A DNA stretch of 64,000 bases from Lytechinus pictus. Its lineage: Eukaryota. The stretch covers positions 11,038,001 to 11,102,000 of the forward strand of contig NC_087263.1 in NCBI RefSeq assembly GCF_037042905.1, written 5' to 3'. The notes under the pieces are model-generated. The model had not been told where the DNA came from. It did no database searches and saw only the letters and a program-made list of their open reading frames with translations. Shown here in pieces: positions 13,827-28,800 of this stretch; the first letter of the stretch is position 1, and the number at the start of each line of letters is the position of its first letter. The translations under genes were made by a program, and so were the position numbers.

Positions 13827-16800
13827 TGTGATCAATCTTGGTGGTGTACGTAGTATACAGGTCTCCTTCATAATTATATTTGCGATCAAGAGTATGGAGG
13901 GGGCCGTAGCAAGATCAGTACCAGTCTTGGTCTATAAAGCAATAAAAATTCTAAATTTTTGGGGAAAATTAATAGGAAACTGTTTTGAGTGCCACATTCC
14001 CACTGATGTTAGGAAAAAAATATGAGAACTTAGACCAAGGAATTAGTTGATAAATTGGGTATATTTTAGAGTTGAAAGTAGTATCTATGACCCCCCCCCC
14101 TCCCCTCTCTCTCTCTCCCTACAGTCCTAAAACTAACTTTGTGGGAACCAGTTTAGTGGAAACTAGTTTAACATACAATAAGAATGGTCGAAACGGTCTT
14201 GGAAACAATCTTCAAAATCAGTTTGACAAACCATCTTGCGATGTAATTTTTCAAGACCACTTTGCCTCGTTGGGTGAGGACACCAGACCTGCCAACCTCT
14301 GGGAATGAAAAACTGTATTCTGTGATAAAAAAAACTGTATTTTCCCCCCCAAAAGTGTATTTAATAATAAATTGCTTGGCGCACTCACTCATCGCGGCGC
14401 TCAAGCTGCATGCAAGCTTAAATGCGCATTGCTCTTGCAGATGAAAAAAAAAACATTAAAACATGTGTATATCTTCAGCCTGGTTTTAACAAAATGATTG
14501 AAAAAAAAAACAAGTTACCTGAAATTACATTGATCTAATAACCATATTTGTGCACGTTTTATGAAATAGAGACATATAGAGATTATTTTTGTCAATAAAT
14601 TACGATTTAGTTTTACAAAAAACGTATTTTTCAAAGAAAAAACGTACTGCCGTATTTTGGTTGCAAACACGTACTAAATACGGCTAAAATGTACTGGTTG
14701 GCAGGTCTGGGACACCACCATTCTTCTGGAAGCGATCTTTGCACATTCTAGGGTCACTACTCTACACACACAGTGTATAGAGTGCCCACACTGCGATGTC
14801 AAATATTGCGTGGAATATCTGACCCCCCCCTGAGAGCGTTCCCATTGAAGCAAGACCGCTTTACGTGAAGTGGTTCTGAAAACATCTCTCGGGCAATCAG
14901 ATGGATTGCTAGTAAAGCAATCTCCCAAACTGGTTTACTGAACCGGTCTCCACGAAACAAGTTCTCGGATTGTAATGAGGGTCTATCATACCTTAGTTTC
15001 TGCTCTATCAAGAGCCACGCTGGTTTTCTCTGCCTCATTCCTAGCCTGTCTGAGTTCTCTTCTAAGTTCCTCGTTTCGTCCGGTGAGTTGATCGACTTGG
15101 GCCTTCAGGTACACCTGGGCTTCATACGCCTCCTTGGAGTCTTTCGATTCGAACAGCTGTATGCACAATAGTGAAACACAGTTACCATAACTAATTATGA
15201 TGACTTAACGGATGATTATAATTGAAAGCAATTGCTGTAAAATAGGAGACTTGACAATTTTTTAAAATTTGAAACTGAAAATGACTGTGCTCAGAGTTTT
15301 AATACTCACATTCTGTTTTTAATATTTGAAAAGGACACAGTAAAACACAGGAATCATGAATGTAATAAATTAAGAATTTGGATGATGATTATAATTAATA
15401 ACAATTACCATAATGTTAGGACTTGCAAATCTGTGAAAATTTCAAACTGAACATGACTCTACTCAGAATTTAATTAGGCATATTCTTTATCATTATGATA
15501 TTGATGATTTAAGAGTCGGTAACAATGACGAAAATAATAATAACGTTTCCTAGCTCCAAAACCTATTCTGAGTTTACACATACAATCTAGAGGTTTCATG
15601 ACATTTGTTCTGGCAAAAATTGCTCTGCTCTTAATTCCACACACTAATCAAACGTCCAACTTCAACCGTGCCATTAACATTATACCCTACAATAAACCTG
15701 ACCTAATCCTTAAACAAGTGGAACGCCTCTGGCAGTCTCGCCTGCATTACGCAATTTAATATAGCAGCAGTGCTAACTTTGAAAACTACTATAAAATAAT
15801 CATTCACAAAAACATCATTCATATAATGACATAATACCACGTTCATTGACCATAAATGACATTTGAACGGAGACTTAAGACTGTCAACTACACCCATGTC
15901 CACATTTCATTCACTCTATCCATAAACTTTCAGAGTTAGGATGGTAATTCAACAAATACATGTACCCCCAACACGGCCAAAGTTCATTGACCTTTAACGA
16001 CCTTTGACCATGGTCATGTGACCTGAAACTCGTACAGGATGTTCAGTGATACTTGATTACTCTTATGTCCAAGTTTTATGAACTAGATCCATAAACTTTC
16101 AGAGTTAGGATGGTAATTTAACAAATACCCCCAACACGGCCAAAGTTCATTGACCTTAAATGACCATTGACCATGGTCATGTGACCTGAAACTCGCACAG
16201 GATATTCAGTGGTACTTGATTAACCTAATGTCCAAGTTTCATAAACTAGATCCATAAATTTTCAAAGTTATGATGGTAATTCAACAAATACCCCCAACTT
16301 GACCAAAGTTCATTGACCCTAAATGACCTTTGACCTTGGTCACGTGACCTGAAACTCGGGCAGGATGTTCACTAATACTTGATTAACCTTATGCCCAAGT
16401 TTCATGAACTAGGTCCATATAATTTCTAAGTTATGATGTCATTTCAAAAACTTAACCTTCGGTTAAGATTTTGAAAATAATTTTCCCAACATGGTCTAAG
16501 TTCATTGACCCTAAATGACCTTTGACCTTGGTCATGTGACCTGAAACTCAGGCAGGATGTTTAGTAATACTTGATTAACCTTATGTCCAAGTTTCATGAA
16601 CTAGGTCCATATACTTTCTAAGTTATGATGTCATTTCAAAAACTTAACCTTAGGTTAAGATTTGATGTTGACGCCGCCGCCGCCGCCGTCGGAAAAGCGG
16701 CGCCTATAGTCTCGCTCTGCTATGCAGGCAAGACAAAAAACCCTATTGCAACCTTAACCCTATATCTTAGACAAAATTATGCCCCGGGCAGTTGTCGCAT

Positions 16801-19800
16801 GAGCAAATGTCGTGGTCACCCAGAATACGGGCCAATGGCTTTACTCACAAGACATAGTCTCTCAAGGGTTGGTCCCAAGACCTCTGGATCCACTGCTCCT
16901 CCTCCGCCTCCTCCTGCCTGTCCCTCTTTCAAGACCTGGAGAATCTCCTTCATACTCTTCTCCACCCTCTGGTTGTCGTCGGTGAGCTTCTTGTTCTCCG
17001 CTTTCATTTCGGTCAGCTGGGTCCGTAATCTCTCCATGGCTTGCTCCGAGCGGGCCACTTCCTGCTCTAGCTGGTGGGTCTAAGATTATAATAATAGCTG
17101 GATTTATAAAGTGCTTTTTGCCTGAGGATACAAAGCGCTGCTATTATTACCCCGGCTTTAGCTCGAGCTACCGTCACCGGCGCTTAGTGCATTTAAAAAA
17201 ATTATCCTGACGGGTACCCATTCACCTCACCTGAGTCGAGTGCAGAACATTGTGGATAAATTTCTTGCTGAAGGAAAACACGCCATGGCTAGGATTCGAA
17301 CCCACGACCAACAGTTTGAAAGGCGAGAGTCAGAACCACTAGACCATGGCGCGCCCACATAGATAAGGTTATTACAGAGAATGAATACTTAACTTAGCAA
17401 TGGGTATTGCTATCATGACGATGGCTAGAAATTATGAACCATAATATTACTGCTGTAGAAAATTCAAACGATATCAAATTATCCATCAAATTATGAAACA
17501 GTACTTTGACCAATAATGATATCGCTTTCACCTTGATTGTAACAATTGTTTGCAAATCATACAATTTCTTACAAAATTCCTGTAGACGGAAAAGGTGCAA
17601 GCATGATTGATCTAGACTCATGATGGCCTTTTTGGGGTTTGATCCCAAACCTTTGTGATAAAGGGTCCTGAATAAATGTGACCATCCACCCCAAAACCAA
17701 CAATGTGTCACAAAGAAAAATCCTCAGTAAATAAACTCAATAGTAATTTGGTCTTTGAAAAACAATAATCAGAAAAAAAGCTGATCTTAAAGAGAAATTT
17801 TGCTTAATCATAGTGTAAGTCGTAAAAGTTGAATAGAAGACAAGATACAAGAGTTTCTTCGACATCACTTTTTGTGGGACGCTTGGAAGTTTCACAGACA
17901 TTGCAGTGTGCATACCTGATGCTTGAGTGAACTCCTAACTTCAAACCTTCTTTTCTCCTCATTTTTAAGATCTCCATGAATTTCCTCTGCATTCAATCAC
18001 ATACTCATGTGGGTTATTGTTGATGAATTTTTACTAGTTGATATCATTTAAAGCTTAATGTGTGTTTCAAGCACAGTGAAAATCTCAAAATTCACTTTGG
18101 GTGACTTATCGTTGGTTTCGAAGTGATTGGTCAGAAATTCACATGGGCAAATGAAATCTGCTTTTACCCTGACACGAACAGAATCCGACGGTCCAAGGCC
18201 CTTGTCTTTGATGGCTTCGGCAATCTTGGAAGGACCGCTACCAGGCTTCCGACTATTCTTCAGTTCCTCCGCAAAGTCATCGACAGCCAGCATCTCATCC
18301 GCTGTGAGACCGAGAGCAACACCCCTGAAAGAAAAAGAAGTCATGATGATTTTTCTAACTTGACAATTGCAATGAAAAACATTGAAGGGGCTGAACCCTC
18401 ATTGACACTCTAGCCCTAATTTAACTGGGGTATTCAGACCAAAATATACTGGGGGGGTGTCAATTTGCCTCCCCTTCAGATCTCGGCCGCAGATTACGCC
18501 ACAAAAATTTGCACGCGCATAGAGCCGGATATAAAGAACTAGACTGTATAGTGACATTTTCAAAAAAATAATTGTTTATATCTCCTTCTTACTTAAAGGG
18601 GAATCCAACCCAAATAAAAACTTGTTTTTATAAGGAAAAGAAAAATCAGACAAGTTGATAGGTAAAAGTTTGAACAATATTGGACAAACAACAAAAAAGT
18701 TATGAATTTTTAAAAGTTGTAAATATTGGTAATCACTATACCCATGGAGACTTCAAATTGGCCGCATATGGGATGTCATAGTGATGTAAGGCAAGGGCTA
18801 CTCTTCCATGTACTCCGATACATATTATGGCTAAAATGTCATTTTTCCCAAAAGTTTTATTTCAAATTATATTTTTCTTTCATGAGGACATAAAACAATA
18901 TACTACCTGGGTTATATTTAGATTACTGCCCCAGAGGAATGGGTACTTAGGAGAAAACCACAAATCCCTGATAATAAAGTACATGGCCTATGGGAAAGTT
19001 GTCCTTGCCCCTTGTCATAATTTACCTACCTAGTTGCCAATTTGAAATCTACATAGTATTAGTGATCTCAATTTTTAAGCAGCTATAACTTTCTTATTGC
19101 TTGTCCGATTTCTTTCAAACTTTCACCATTCTGTTTAATTTATTTTTCTCCTTCCCAACACAATATTTAATGGCCAAGGCTGGATTCCCCTTTAATTATG
19201 CAAGTTAGCATATGAGATGAAATGAATATGAAACCAAATGTGTTTTTTGTGTATGTTTTTTGCTTTCACTTAATATAGCTAATAAAATACTAATTTTTGG
19301 TGAAAAAAAATTATTTCTGACAAATTCCTTTAAAAAAAAATTCTAAAACAAAATTAATTTCTTTTTTACTTTATTTTTTTGATTGATTTTCATACATTTC
19401 CTTGTCTTTCGAACCTTTGTTTTTAAATTTTCTTTATATGAACTTTGTCGAGGACCCTTTTGCAATTGTAAATAGTATGAAATAAATTCATTTAAACCAA
19501 CAAAAGTAAAATAATCATACGTTTACGATTTTTTGGTTGAAAATACAAATTGCAATGACTATGTACATGGAACCACGCTTTTGAGCAATTATGGGTCTGA
19601 CATGCGTTACACAAAAAAATGGTGCATAATTTCGTAGCCGCGCACTCAGGCATCGCAAATTTGGTCTCAAAAGATGCGCAAGACTTGAGAGTAAATCGTC
19701 ACCAAGCAGCGTAAAACGATTTACACGGCAGCATAGTGACCAAATTCGTTGAGTTCAATAAGGGTTCGATGACCCCCCAAAATAATGTATATTCAAGTGT

Positions 19801-22800
19801 ATTAGCCAGAAACAGGCTCTAATCCTATGCATCTCTTCATAATACACAAACATTTTGTTTCACTTATTTTCATTTCTTTCTTACAAGGAAGATGGGGGAA
19901 CGTACCTCTGTGCTCGTTGAGTTGCCAAGGATCGGATCTGTTTCTTCAGAGAAACCCTTTCCTCTTCCAGTCTCTCCACTTCTTTAGCCAAAACCTGTGA
20001 CAGAAGCAGCACTTTGTTAGGGTCTCATCACATAACTCATAACTGGCATTCAGCATCATCATCTTAAAAATGCAACTTAGTATATCTTTATCCTGGAAAG
20101 AGATTTATCAGGGCCCCGTCATACAAAGAGTTACAATTGATCCGATCAATCGTATCTCTATGGAAATCCATCAGTGTCATAATTTTTTTTAATGAAAAAT
20201 ATGCACAATGTCCTAATTATGCAAAGAGAAGCGCAGTGAATTTTTAAGAAAACAAAGAATGCATGAATAGACATCACAGCTAGAAAGTATTTTGAACAAG
20301 CATGCATAATAGATGATGACGTTGCTGGCCGTCCATAGTTGCGATTGATCGGATCAATCGTAACTCTTTGTAAGACGGGGCCCTGATTGGTATAAATCAA
20401 TTTCAAACAAATTTTTTCACAATCAATTTGTATTTTACCGGTTAGAAGCTCACACGGTAAAAACAAAATGGATTGTGAAAAGATGAAAATTTGTTTGAAT
20501 AGATTTTGTTCTGCTAGAACGCAAATGGCTAAAATCACTTTGAAAAACACCCCACAATATTAGCAACAACGCCTGTATTTCAAGTCTAATTTCCATCTCA
20601 CCTGATTCAATGCCCTGTCCTGTTGGTGCTGCTGCCCTCTATAGAGACGAGCTTGTTCCATATCGATGGGCTGCTTGGGATCGAACCCCAGCCTGCTTCT
20701 CAATTCTTCGTTCTCTTCAAGGAGTTCATTCAGCTGGATCTCGGCTTTGTTTACATTCTGCGTCAGCTGCTCGATGTTTCTAAGTGAGATGATACAGGAT
20801 GAAAATTATTATACAAATATCCAATGTCCATGTGGATAAATTGCCAATTTGTCTATTGCCAACTCAATATTTTGTCTAACAACCATTTGATCCAATAACC
20901 ATTTGGGCCAATCACCACTTTGTCTAATCACCAGATTGTCTTTGACCATTTCGCCTGAGCATCCGTTTTATTTTCATTCATTTAGGCCAATTAACACTTA
21001 GAGGGTGTTGCAAGAAAATATTTGCGATCAATTGCAAATATTCTGTTGCAATTTTACAAATGATTGATCACTTTTAACTGTACCAAATGAGATTACACTT
21101 CATTTTTCAAGGAGCAGTTTAGCAATCAATCACGAACTTACAATTAATTGCAAGATATATGATTGATTTAGAGACCAAAAATAGACTTGCAATTGATCGC
21201 AAGTTTCTTGCAACACCCCTTTAAGTCCAATTAGACCAAATGGTCAATGGACTAAATAGCTATTGAACCAACTGTTTATTAGGCGAAATGATGAGTGGAC
21301 TAAATGGCAATTAGACCATGTTAATAGTGGACGAACTGATGGTAGACCAAATGATAGTCGACGAGTTGGCATTAGACCAATTGAAAATAAACCTTTTTGA
21401 GTGTGATCGCTCTGAATATTACGTGAGAATGCAAGTTGAAAGAGTTCATTCACAGACTTGAAGCGGAGTTGCACTGACTTACTTGAACTTGTATTGAACG
21501 TACGATGTCAAAACATTAAATACTTGTTTCATAAAACACACGATATAGACCAAATAGCCAAACTAGATCAAACATTGGGTTTATGGAGGAGTAGCACTAG
21601 GACTATATCTAGAAGAAGTAGTACAATGCGGACCTAACTTTGGTCAAATTTCTTATAAGGGGAATGTCACAAAATTGTTAAATAACAAGTGAGAAAATAT
21701 TCAAACTCAAATTTCAGAAAAAAAATATCTGAGTTAAGCTAAGGTTACAACGGAACCAAATCAGCTGTGAATTAATCCAAATACAAGCATTCGGGTGGTT
21801 TTGGGAGTATTCTGTTCTCCATCCACGAATGCGAGAAGATTTGGGAGAGATTTGGGAACATTTCGAATCCATCGAAACCATCCGAATCAGGCTGCATTCA
21901 GGCAGAATCGGTCCAAATTTATTCGGGAGAATTTGGTTTTAGTGTAACCCTAGCTTTAGCTATATGGATATATTTACCTTTCTCTCAATGCAATCTGCTT
22001 CTTGCCAAGTTTAATTTCTTGCACAGCTTCAGCCAATCCATATTCTCCCTTAGAATAAAACAGAAACTCAATTATATTAATTTTTTTTCTTCTTAAGGAC
22101 GTTCCACAGTTATGTTTGTGCGCATTATGATCTGCGCATAGTTTACACTCTGCGCGCTGACGTCACAATGGATGAACAGGTGATTAATTAGCTGTGGGTA
22201 TGTGCTGATTTTTCTCATCTTCTGTACTTTAACTGCAGATCCGATGCGTTATTTCATGAAGCTAAAAATTGATTGACAGAAACTCAATTATATCAATTTT
22301 TTTACTTCTTAAATCAACCCATATCACAGGCCTGCCAACATTTGAAAATGAAAAACGCAAAATTTTCTGCTCGATGTCGGGTGTGTCTCCCTCACTTTTA
22401 TTTCAAATTAAGACATGTTTAGCCATCTTATATTTAAACATTGAGAAATTACAAGTGTTGACAAACTATATTTCTCTTAAACCCATACCTCACAACACAA
22501 ATAATTATATGGGCTGATTTATTTTTCATTTTAAATGAATTTAATTCAACAAATACCCCCAACTTGGCCAAAGTTCATTGACCCTAAATGACCTTTGACC
22601 TTGGTCGTGTGACTTGAAAATAAGGCAGGTTATTTAGTAATACTTGATTAACCTCATGTCCAAGTTTCATGAACTAGGTCCATATATTTTTCAAGTTATG
22701 ATGACATTTCAAAAACTTAACCTTAGGTTAGGATTTTGATGTTGATTCCCCCAATATGGTCTAAGTTCATTGACCCTAATTGACCTTTGACCTTGGCCAT

Positions 22801-25800
22801 GTGACCTGAAACTTAGGCAGGATGTTCAGTAATACTTGATTAACCTATGTCCAAGTTTCATGAACTAGGTCAATATACTTTCTAAGTTATGCTGTCATTT
22901 CAAAAACTTAACCTTCGGTTAAGATTTGGTGTTGACGCCGCCGCCGTCGGAAAAGTGGCGCCTAGTCTCACTCTGGTATGCAGGTGAGACAACAAAACCT
23001 GCCTATAACTGTTCATAAATGCTCATTTTTCTTGTCTCCCTGGCATGGTCATCTCTCACTGTATATGTTTCACAGGAATAATATTATCATAATTATTACT
23101 ATACCTCTTCATAATCCTTCATTCTGTTAATGGCTTCGTTCAATTCTTTGTCTTTCTTTCTCGCATCGGTCTCCGCTTGCAGAACCCTCTCCTCCGCCGC
23201 TTTCATCTCTTTCTCCTGCTCCTTCAGCGTCTCTCGCAATTTGGTAACCATGTTCTGAAGACGCACAGTTGGAGCTGAGAGACGATAGAACAGAGGGTTT
23301 ATATATCACAAAGTGTTGAGTGAGACATAGGAGGCGTTGCAAGAAAATATTTGCAATCAATTGCAAATATTCTGTTGCAATTTTACAACTGATAGATCAA
23401 TATCAACTGTAGCAAATGAGATTACACTCCATGTTCCAAGGAGCAGATTAGCAATTAATCACTAATTTCCATGTAATTGCAAGACATATGATTGATTTAA
23501 GGACCAAAAATAAACTTACAATTGATCGCAAGTTTCTTGCAACACCCCAACAGAGCAACACAGAAATGCTTTGTTGCAGTTATTCGACAGCGGTAGGGCC
23601 AACTAACTGGTTTGGAAAAATTTAACTTTAAACATGTGACAGGCATCTACATATTCAACTTTTAAATTTTTACTGAAACACAATTTTTTGTGTGTTTCTC
23701 AGGTGTAATCTGTCATATAGTTTATTTAAATTAATTAAGAACCTCATTCAAACCAATGCATGCTGCGGGACAATCACATTTCACGCTCAAGCAAACAATC
23801 CACTGTTTCCCTCCCTAAAAAATAATTCAGCACAGAGGATTTCACGGCCCAGCGGACAAAGAGTTACTGAAGCCCTTCACTTGCATCATTAAACAATTCT
23901 TAATGACTTGTTGTACTGTAATGTAGGCCTATATAAACTTATTGCTTTGGTTTACTATAATTGCGTTTTCTACACTCTAAAGCCCATAGGGGCAATTCCA
24001 TGAAATAGATATGTCCGACCCCCTATACATGTATGTGGGACCTTCATGAAATTTTCTGTCTCTGATTTCTGGTTCTTTTGACAGTCTGTAATGCCCTCAA
24101 ATGACCATGACTTGGTCAGTTAAGAAGTGAAGCAAGACTTGAGAAAAACGGAGGTCGGAGGTACAAAAAAGGTCATTTTATGGAATTGCCCATAGACAAC
24201 CATTCCATTTTTCATATTTTTTTCTTTTTATTCTACAGTTTGCAGCTCTGCACTAACCAGCCCCACTGGAAGCATCATTCTTCAGCATCTCAAGCTCCTC
24301 GGCTCTCTCGTCCATCTCCCTGGCTGACTCTTCAAGCTGCTGTCTCAAGATGGTCAACTGAGCCTCCTTCTCTTGCAAAGCCTGAAAATACAATCATTAA
24401 CATAGGAGAGATTCTCACTCAAGAGCTATTGGAATCAAAATACCCTAATAAAGCACACATTTTCAGAACAGATGTATTGTTCAAGTCAATATTTTTTTTA
24501 ATATTGTCAAATTCATGTGAATGTGAATACATGATTGTTTTCATGTGTTTTGTCTGGTGACAGCACCATGAGTCTTTTTTTTTATTGAAGAGTAAATGAT
24601 CAACAGGAACAAAAAAGATAGGTAAAAGAAGAGGAAAAATAAGAAGAGAAATGGGAAAAAAATATTGATGAGGTGGAGGATGGAGAAAAAGAGAAGAAAG
24701 CAAAAGAGGGAGAGAAGGAATATTTATCTGATTTTGAATCCATTCCACACTTCATCACTTTTCTATAAACTCTACTCATAGCTGTGCTAAAAATATCCTT
24801 TCATTTCTCCAAATCTAAATAAATTGAAATTTGAGGTAAAACACGCAAGCATCCCTCATCCCCTTAGGAAAAAATTTGTAATGAAATCGGGCCCTAAAGA
24901 GAAACTTGAACGTTCAATTATAAGTCATGAGTAGTTCTCAAATAATGCATATCGTTTGATTAAATACAAATCTGGATTTGATTTGCGTTCACTTGAGAGT
25001 ATTTGCATGTTATTGCAAATACCCAAGATGCCTGCATTGTCAATATCACAAATTAAAAACTGTGCATTATTTGTTTTATAAAAAAGGTTGGCAGTATGAA
25101 TTTGTAGTGGAAACATTGTTCGAATCCCTCCAAATTTTTGAGGGATCGCACTGATGAAAAGGTCACAGAAATACAATGTACCTGCTTTCTATTATGACAT
25201 CACAGAGTTATCTAGTAAGCTCATCTATTAAGCGCCAGCACTAATAGCCTTTCCTTTGAAAGAACATATATTTCGGATTGCGTCTCAATTTTATGTGCTA
25301 TGGGTAAAATGATAAACCCAAAGTGCACAATGTTACACAAAAAATGCACAGCTGGGAGGTTGCATAGAATTAAAGCATGAACATGTGACTTGCATACGCA
25401 CTCACTATTGGCTACATCCTTCATCCCGTTTTATAATATAGGATAGCAAGAATGTGACAGCATACCTTTGAGAGGGCAACCACCGATGTCTTGTCAGTAT
25501 CAATCTCACTGGCTGTTAACTGGTCCTTCTGCTGCTGTATGATCATGTTGAGGCGGTCAATCTCCCTGTCTTTCACTTCCAGTGCAGACTGTGGACAGAT
25601 AATGAAATGAGAAAAAAATATATCCATATTCTATTGATCGAAATAGAAATCTAAAATGGAAATACTCTGAAAAATCATTTTGCCCAGCTGATAGTGGGCC
25701 CAGTAGCAACTGTGCAGCAAAAGATTGTATTGTATTGTTATTTAATCATGGTTAAACTTACATTCGGTCAAAACAGACTGCTTTTCAGCAAGTTTGTGAA

Positions 25801-28800
25801 CATTAAAAACCGGTAAAAGTGAGACAATACAAATTTTTTCAAAAGTATTACAATTAACACATGAAATGAAACATACATATTAAAAATAATGATAAGTAAA
25901 ACTACATAAAACCACATCGATTGTTCACTCATTGTCACTAAATCAACCAATCACAGTGAATGTTCTATATACAGTAATGCCAGAAGATGGTAATTCAACC
26001 AATCAGAATGCTTGTTACATACCTTCCACACCTCCACCTTGCTATTAAGTTCAGTCATGACCTCATCATCACCTTGGATCTGATTCTGAAGCTTTTCAGA
26101 TAACTCTTTGATCTGAAATGAGAACAATAAGCATAGCATGATTAGTTAATTTCATCTTGTTCGGTGATTGGTCAACAAAGCATCATGTGACAACTTACAA
26201 TAGTCTGCAAGCAAAGACTCAAATTTGACACTTTACCAATTGTACCATGTCTAGAAGGAAGGCTACACTCCAAACTTTCTGTCTGTGTCATGGTTAATCT
26301 AGTCTCATTACTTCAGACTCTGCATTATGCGAATTGAACAAAGGTCTGTACCTGATGACAAAAGTACAATTTGCGATCACATTACCAGTAAGAAAAAAAC
26401 TGCTAGGTAATGATTTTAGGTGATGGATCTCAATCACATAAATTTTGTCATCAAGTGGAATATGCGATTACCAAAGTGTAGTTAGCGTAGTCAGCATGCT
26501 TGCATCAAACCAGGCAAAAGCATTCCCCCCCCCCCCATTTTGGGGGCTACTTATCACCCCCTAATGCATAAATCTGCAAGATTGAACAAGCTTTAACATA
26601 TAAGTGAATGGGGATTTTCCAGGGCTCCTTTGAGCATTTCGGCGGCAAAATGGCCCCAAGCCCGTGTAATTGTTTTCATTGTATCAAACGATGACCTCCA
26701 TGTATAGTACGCAACACAGACATCAAGAAATTTCGATATGAAATTGTGTTGCTAAGACTTGTTTCATTTCGCCCATTTCCTTGGTTGTATACTTCCAATT
26801 CAACCATATTTTTAAAATCTGACATATTTCTAAGATCTTTTAAAGTTTTATTCATTTAAATTTTTTTTTTACATGTTGATACTCAATTATCAAAGAATTT
26901 GATATTGCATAATTTATGTAGGTTTAATACATGTATATTGCAATTTGTTTTTTTGTTTGTAAGAATGTGGATATAAATTTGAAACTGTGAAACTATGGAG
27001 AAATGTTTATCATAACAGAATCGCTTTGGTCTGATTCCTGTTTACCAGAACGACCGTCTCAAGCATATTAGTTAACCTACTGATAGCTTGATTATTTGAA
27101 TGCAATTAGAATTTTCTTAAGAATGGATCACAATAACTCTTTTAAAAAATGATTGATGTGACTGGACTCTGATAAATTGCCTAAATCAAGTGTAAAAATC
27201 AACACTTTTTATGTTTTTCTTAATCACCTGTTCTTTTAGGACATCATTTTCATGCTTGAGACGGGTAGCTTTGGAGTCCAATTGTCCGGATAGTTTCTTG
27301 ATCTTCACGTAGTCTTCGGCAATCGCATCCATCTCCTCGGCAGCATCCTTCAACTTCTTTTCCATGTCCTTCATATTATCATTCAGGAGCTCGTTGTTAT
27401 CTGTCAAATTCTACAGAAAAGGAGAGAGAGGGAGAAAAGGAGAGAGAAATGTAGTATCTGCCTTAAACCACCATTGCAATTATGTTTTATTGTTCTAGTC
27501 ATTCACGCGATCTAGCCATTCTAGCGTTCTAGTCATTCATGCGATTTTCCTCTGATGAGTGCATGTCAAATAGCTTCAGCATGTCCGTTTTTAAGGCTAT
27601 TTTACAATTTTGCAGTACCAAATACTTATTTATAATTATGTTTGTTGGTCAAAGTGAAAGGTGTGTGTTTTTTTTTTTTTTTTTTTGGGGGGAGAGGTTA
27701 TCCTTGTCATGAGGAAAATCTGGGTCCCATTTCATAAAGACTTGTTACAATAACAAATGCACAATTTCTGTAACAAATTTACTACCAACCAATCAGATTG
27801 AAGGATTTCAGTGGCTTTTAACTTTTATTGCCAAATTTGCTATTGTAAAGAGTTTTATGAAATTAAGCACTATGTTGCATATTATTATCATTATTCTTAT
27901 TCGTATTATATATTACAGAAGTACTGCATTATGGTGTAAGTGTTGTGATAGCACTGCCACGATCTACATGTATAGTCCTGTACTTGAAATTTGGTGGGTG
28001 TTTCATAATGCTGTTCATTTTTGTTCACAAACAATTTTGCATACTCCTGGAATATGTTCTATGCTGTACTTGAAATCGCTCAATGTCTATTCTACTTCTG
28101 TCATATCTAATAATGATAATAATAACAATAATATGCAACATAGTGCTTAATTTTTTTTTTTTTTACTTCGCAAATAAGGTAATAACACAAAGAAACATCA
28201 GATGTCAGTCGATAAAAATCAATTTGCATGGCTTTTCATGAAGGACTGGATCGCCAAATACAATGTTTCCAATTGTGGCATACTATTAGCCCGGCTTTAT
28301 TAGCACATGCAGCTGCCATTATCAGGGGCCCATTTCATAAAGCTTGTTGCAATAACAGTTAAAAGCTACTGAAATCCTTCAATCTGATTGGCTGATAGTA
28401 AATTTATTAAAGATATTGAGCATTTGATATTATAACAAATCTTTATGACATGGGATGTAGGTGCTAAACCATCCAAGAAATTCCTCCCCTACACCTGGGT
28501 GGAGATTGGCAGATGTAGATAAACACCCTGCCAAAGGACGCAGGTGCACTGGTGGGATTCGAACCCCAGACCTTAGTGGTTCAGAGTCTTGAGACTTATC
28601 CACCTAACCACAACACCTCTACATATTCATTTTTCTGAATATCAATCCGTAAGAGAGGATTAGTCATACCGTTGAGGAGCATTTTACCTTTATTTCTTCC
28701 AGTTGACCGTTAATCTCACGGTTCTTCTGGCGGATCTTGTCCTGGTACTCCACGTCGTCCCCGCGGCGCATCTTGAGACTCTCACGCTGAGATTCCATCT

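Noticed and set aside
15211..15480. Degenerate ~170-bp intronic tandem duplication (a similar small one at ~2925-3080)
   Set aside because: Old, non-coding, and does not include exon or splice sites
15900..16660. Regular repeat array that could be mistaken for CRISPR
   Set aside because: Eukaryotic intron; whole ~130-bp units repeat with no unique spacers and no cas genes
17916..17986. 71-nt AG/GT-bounded segment between exons 15 and 16 that reads like coding sequence
   Set aside because: It would frameshift the phase-0 junction, has a weak pyrimidine tract, and is not needed for colinearity with CEP290. At most a poison exon.
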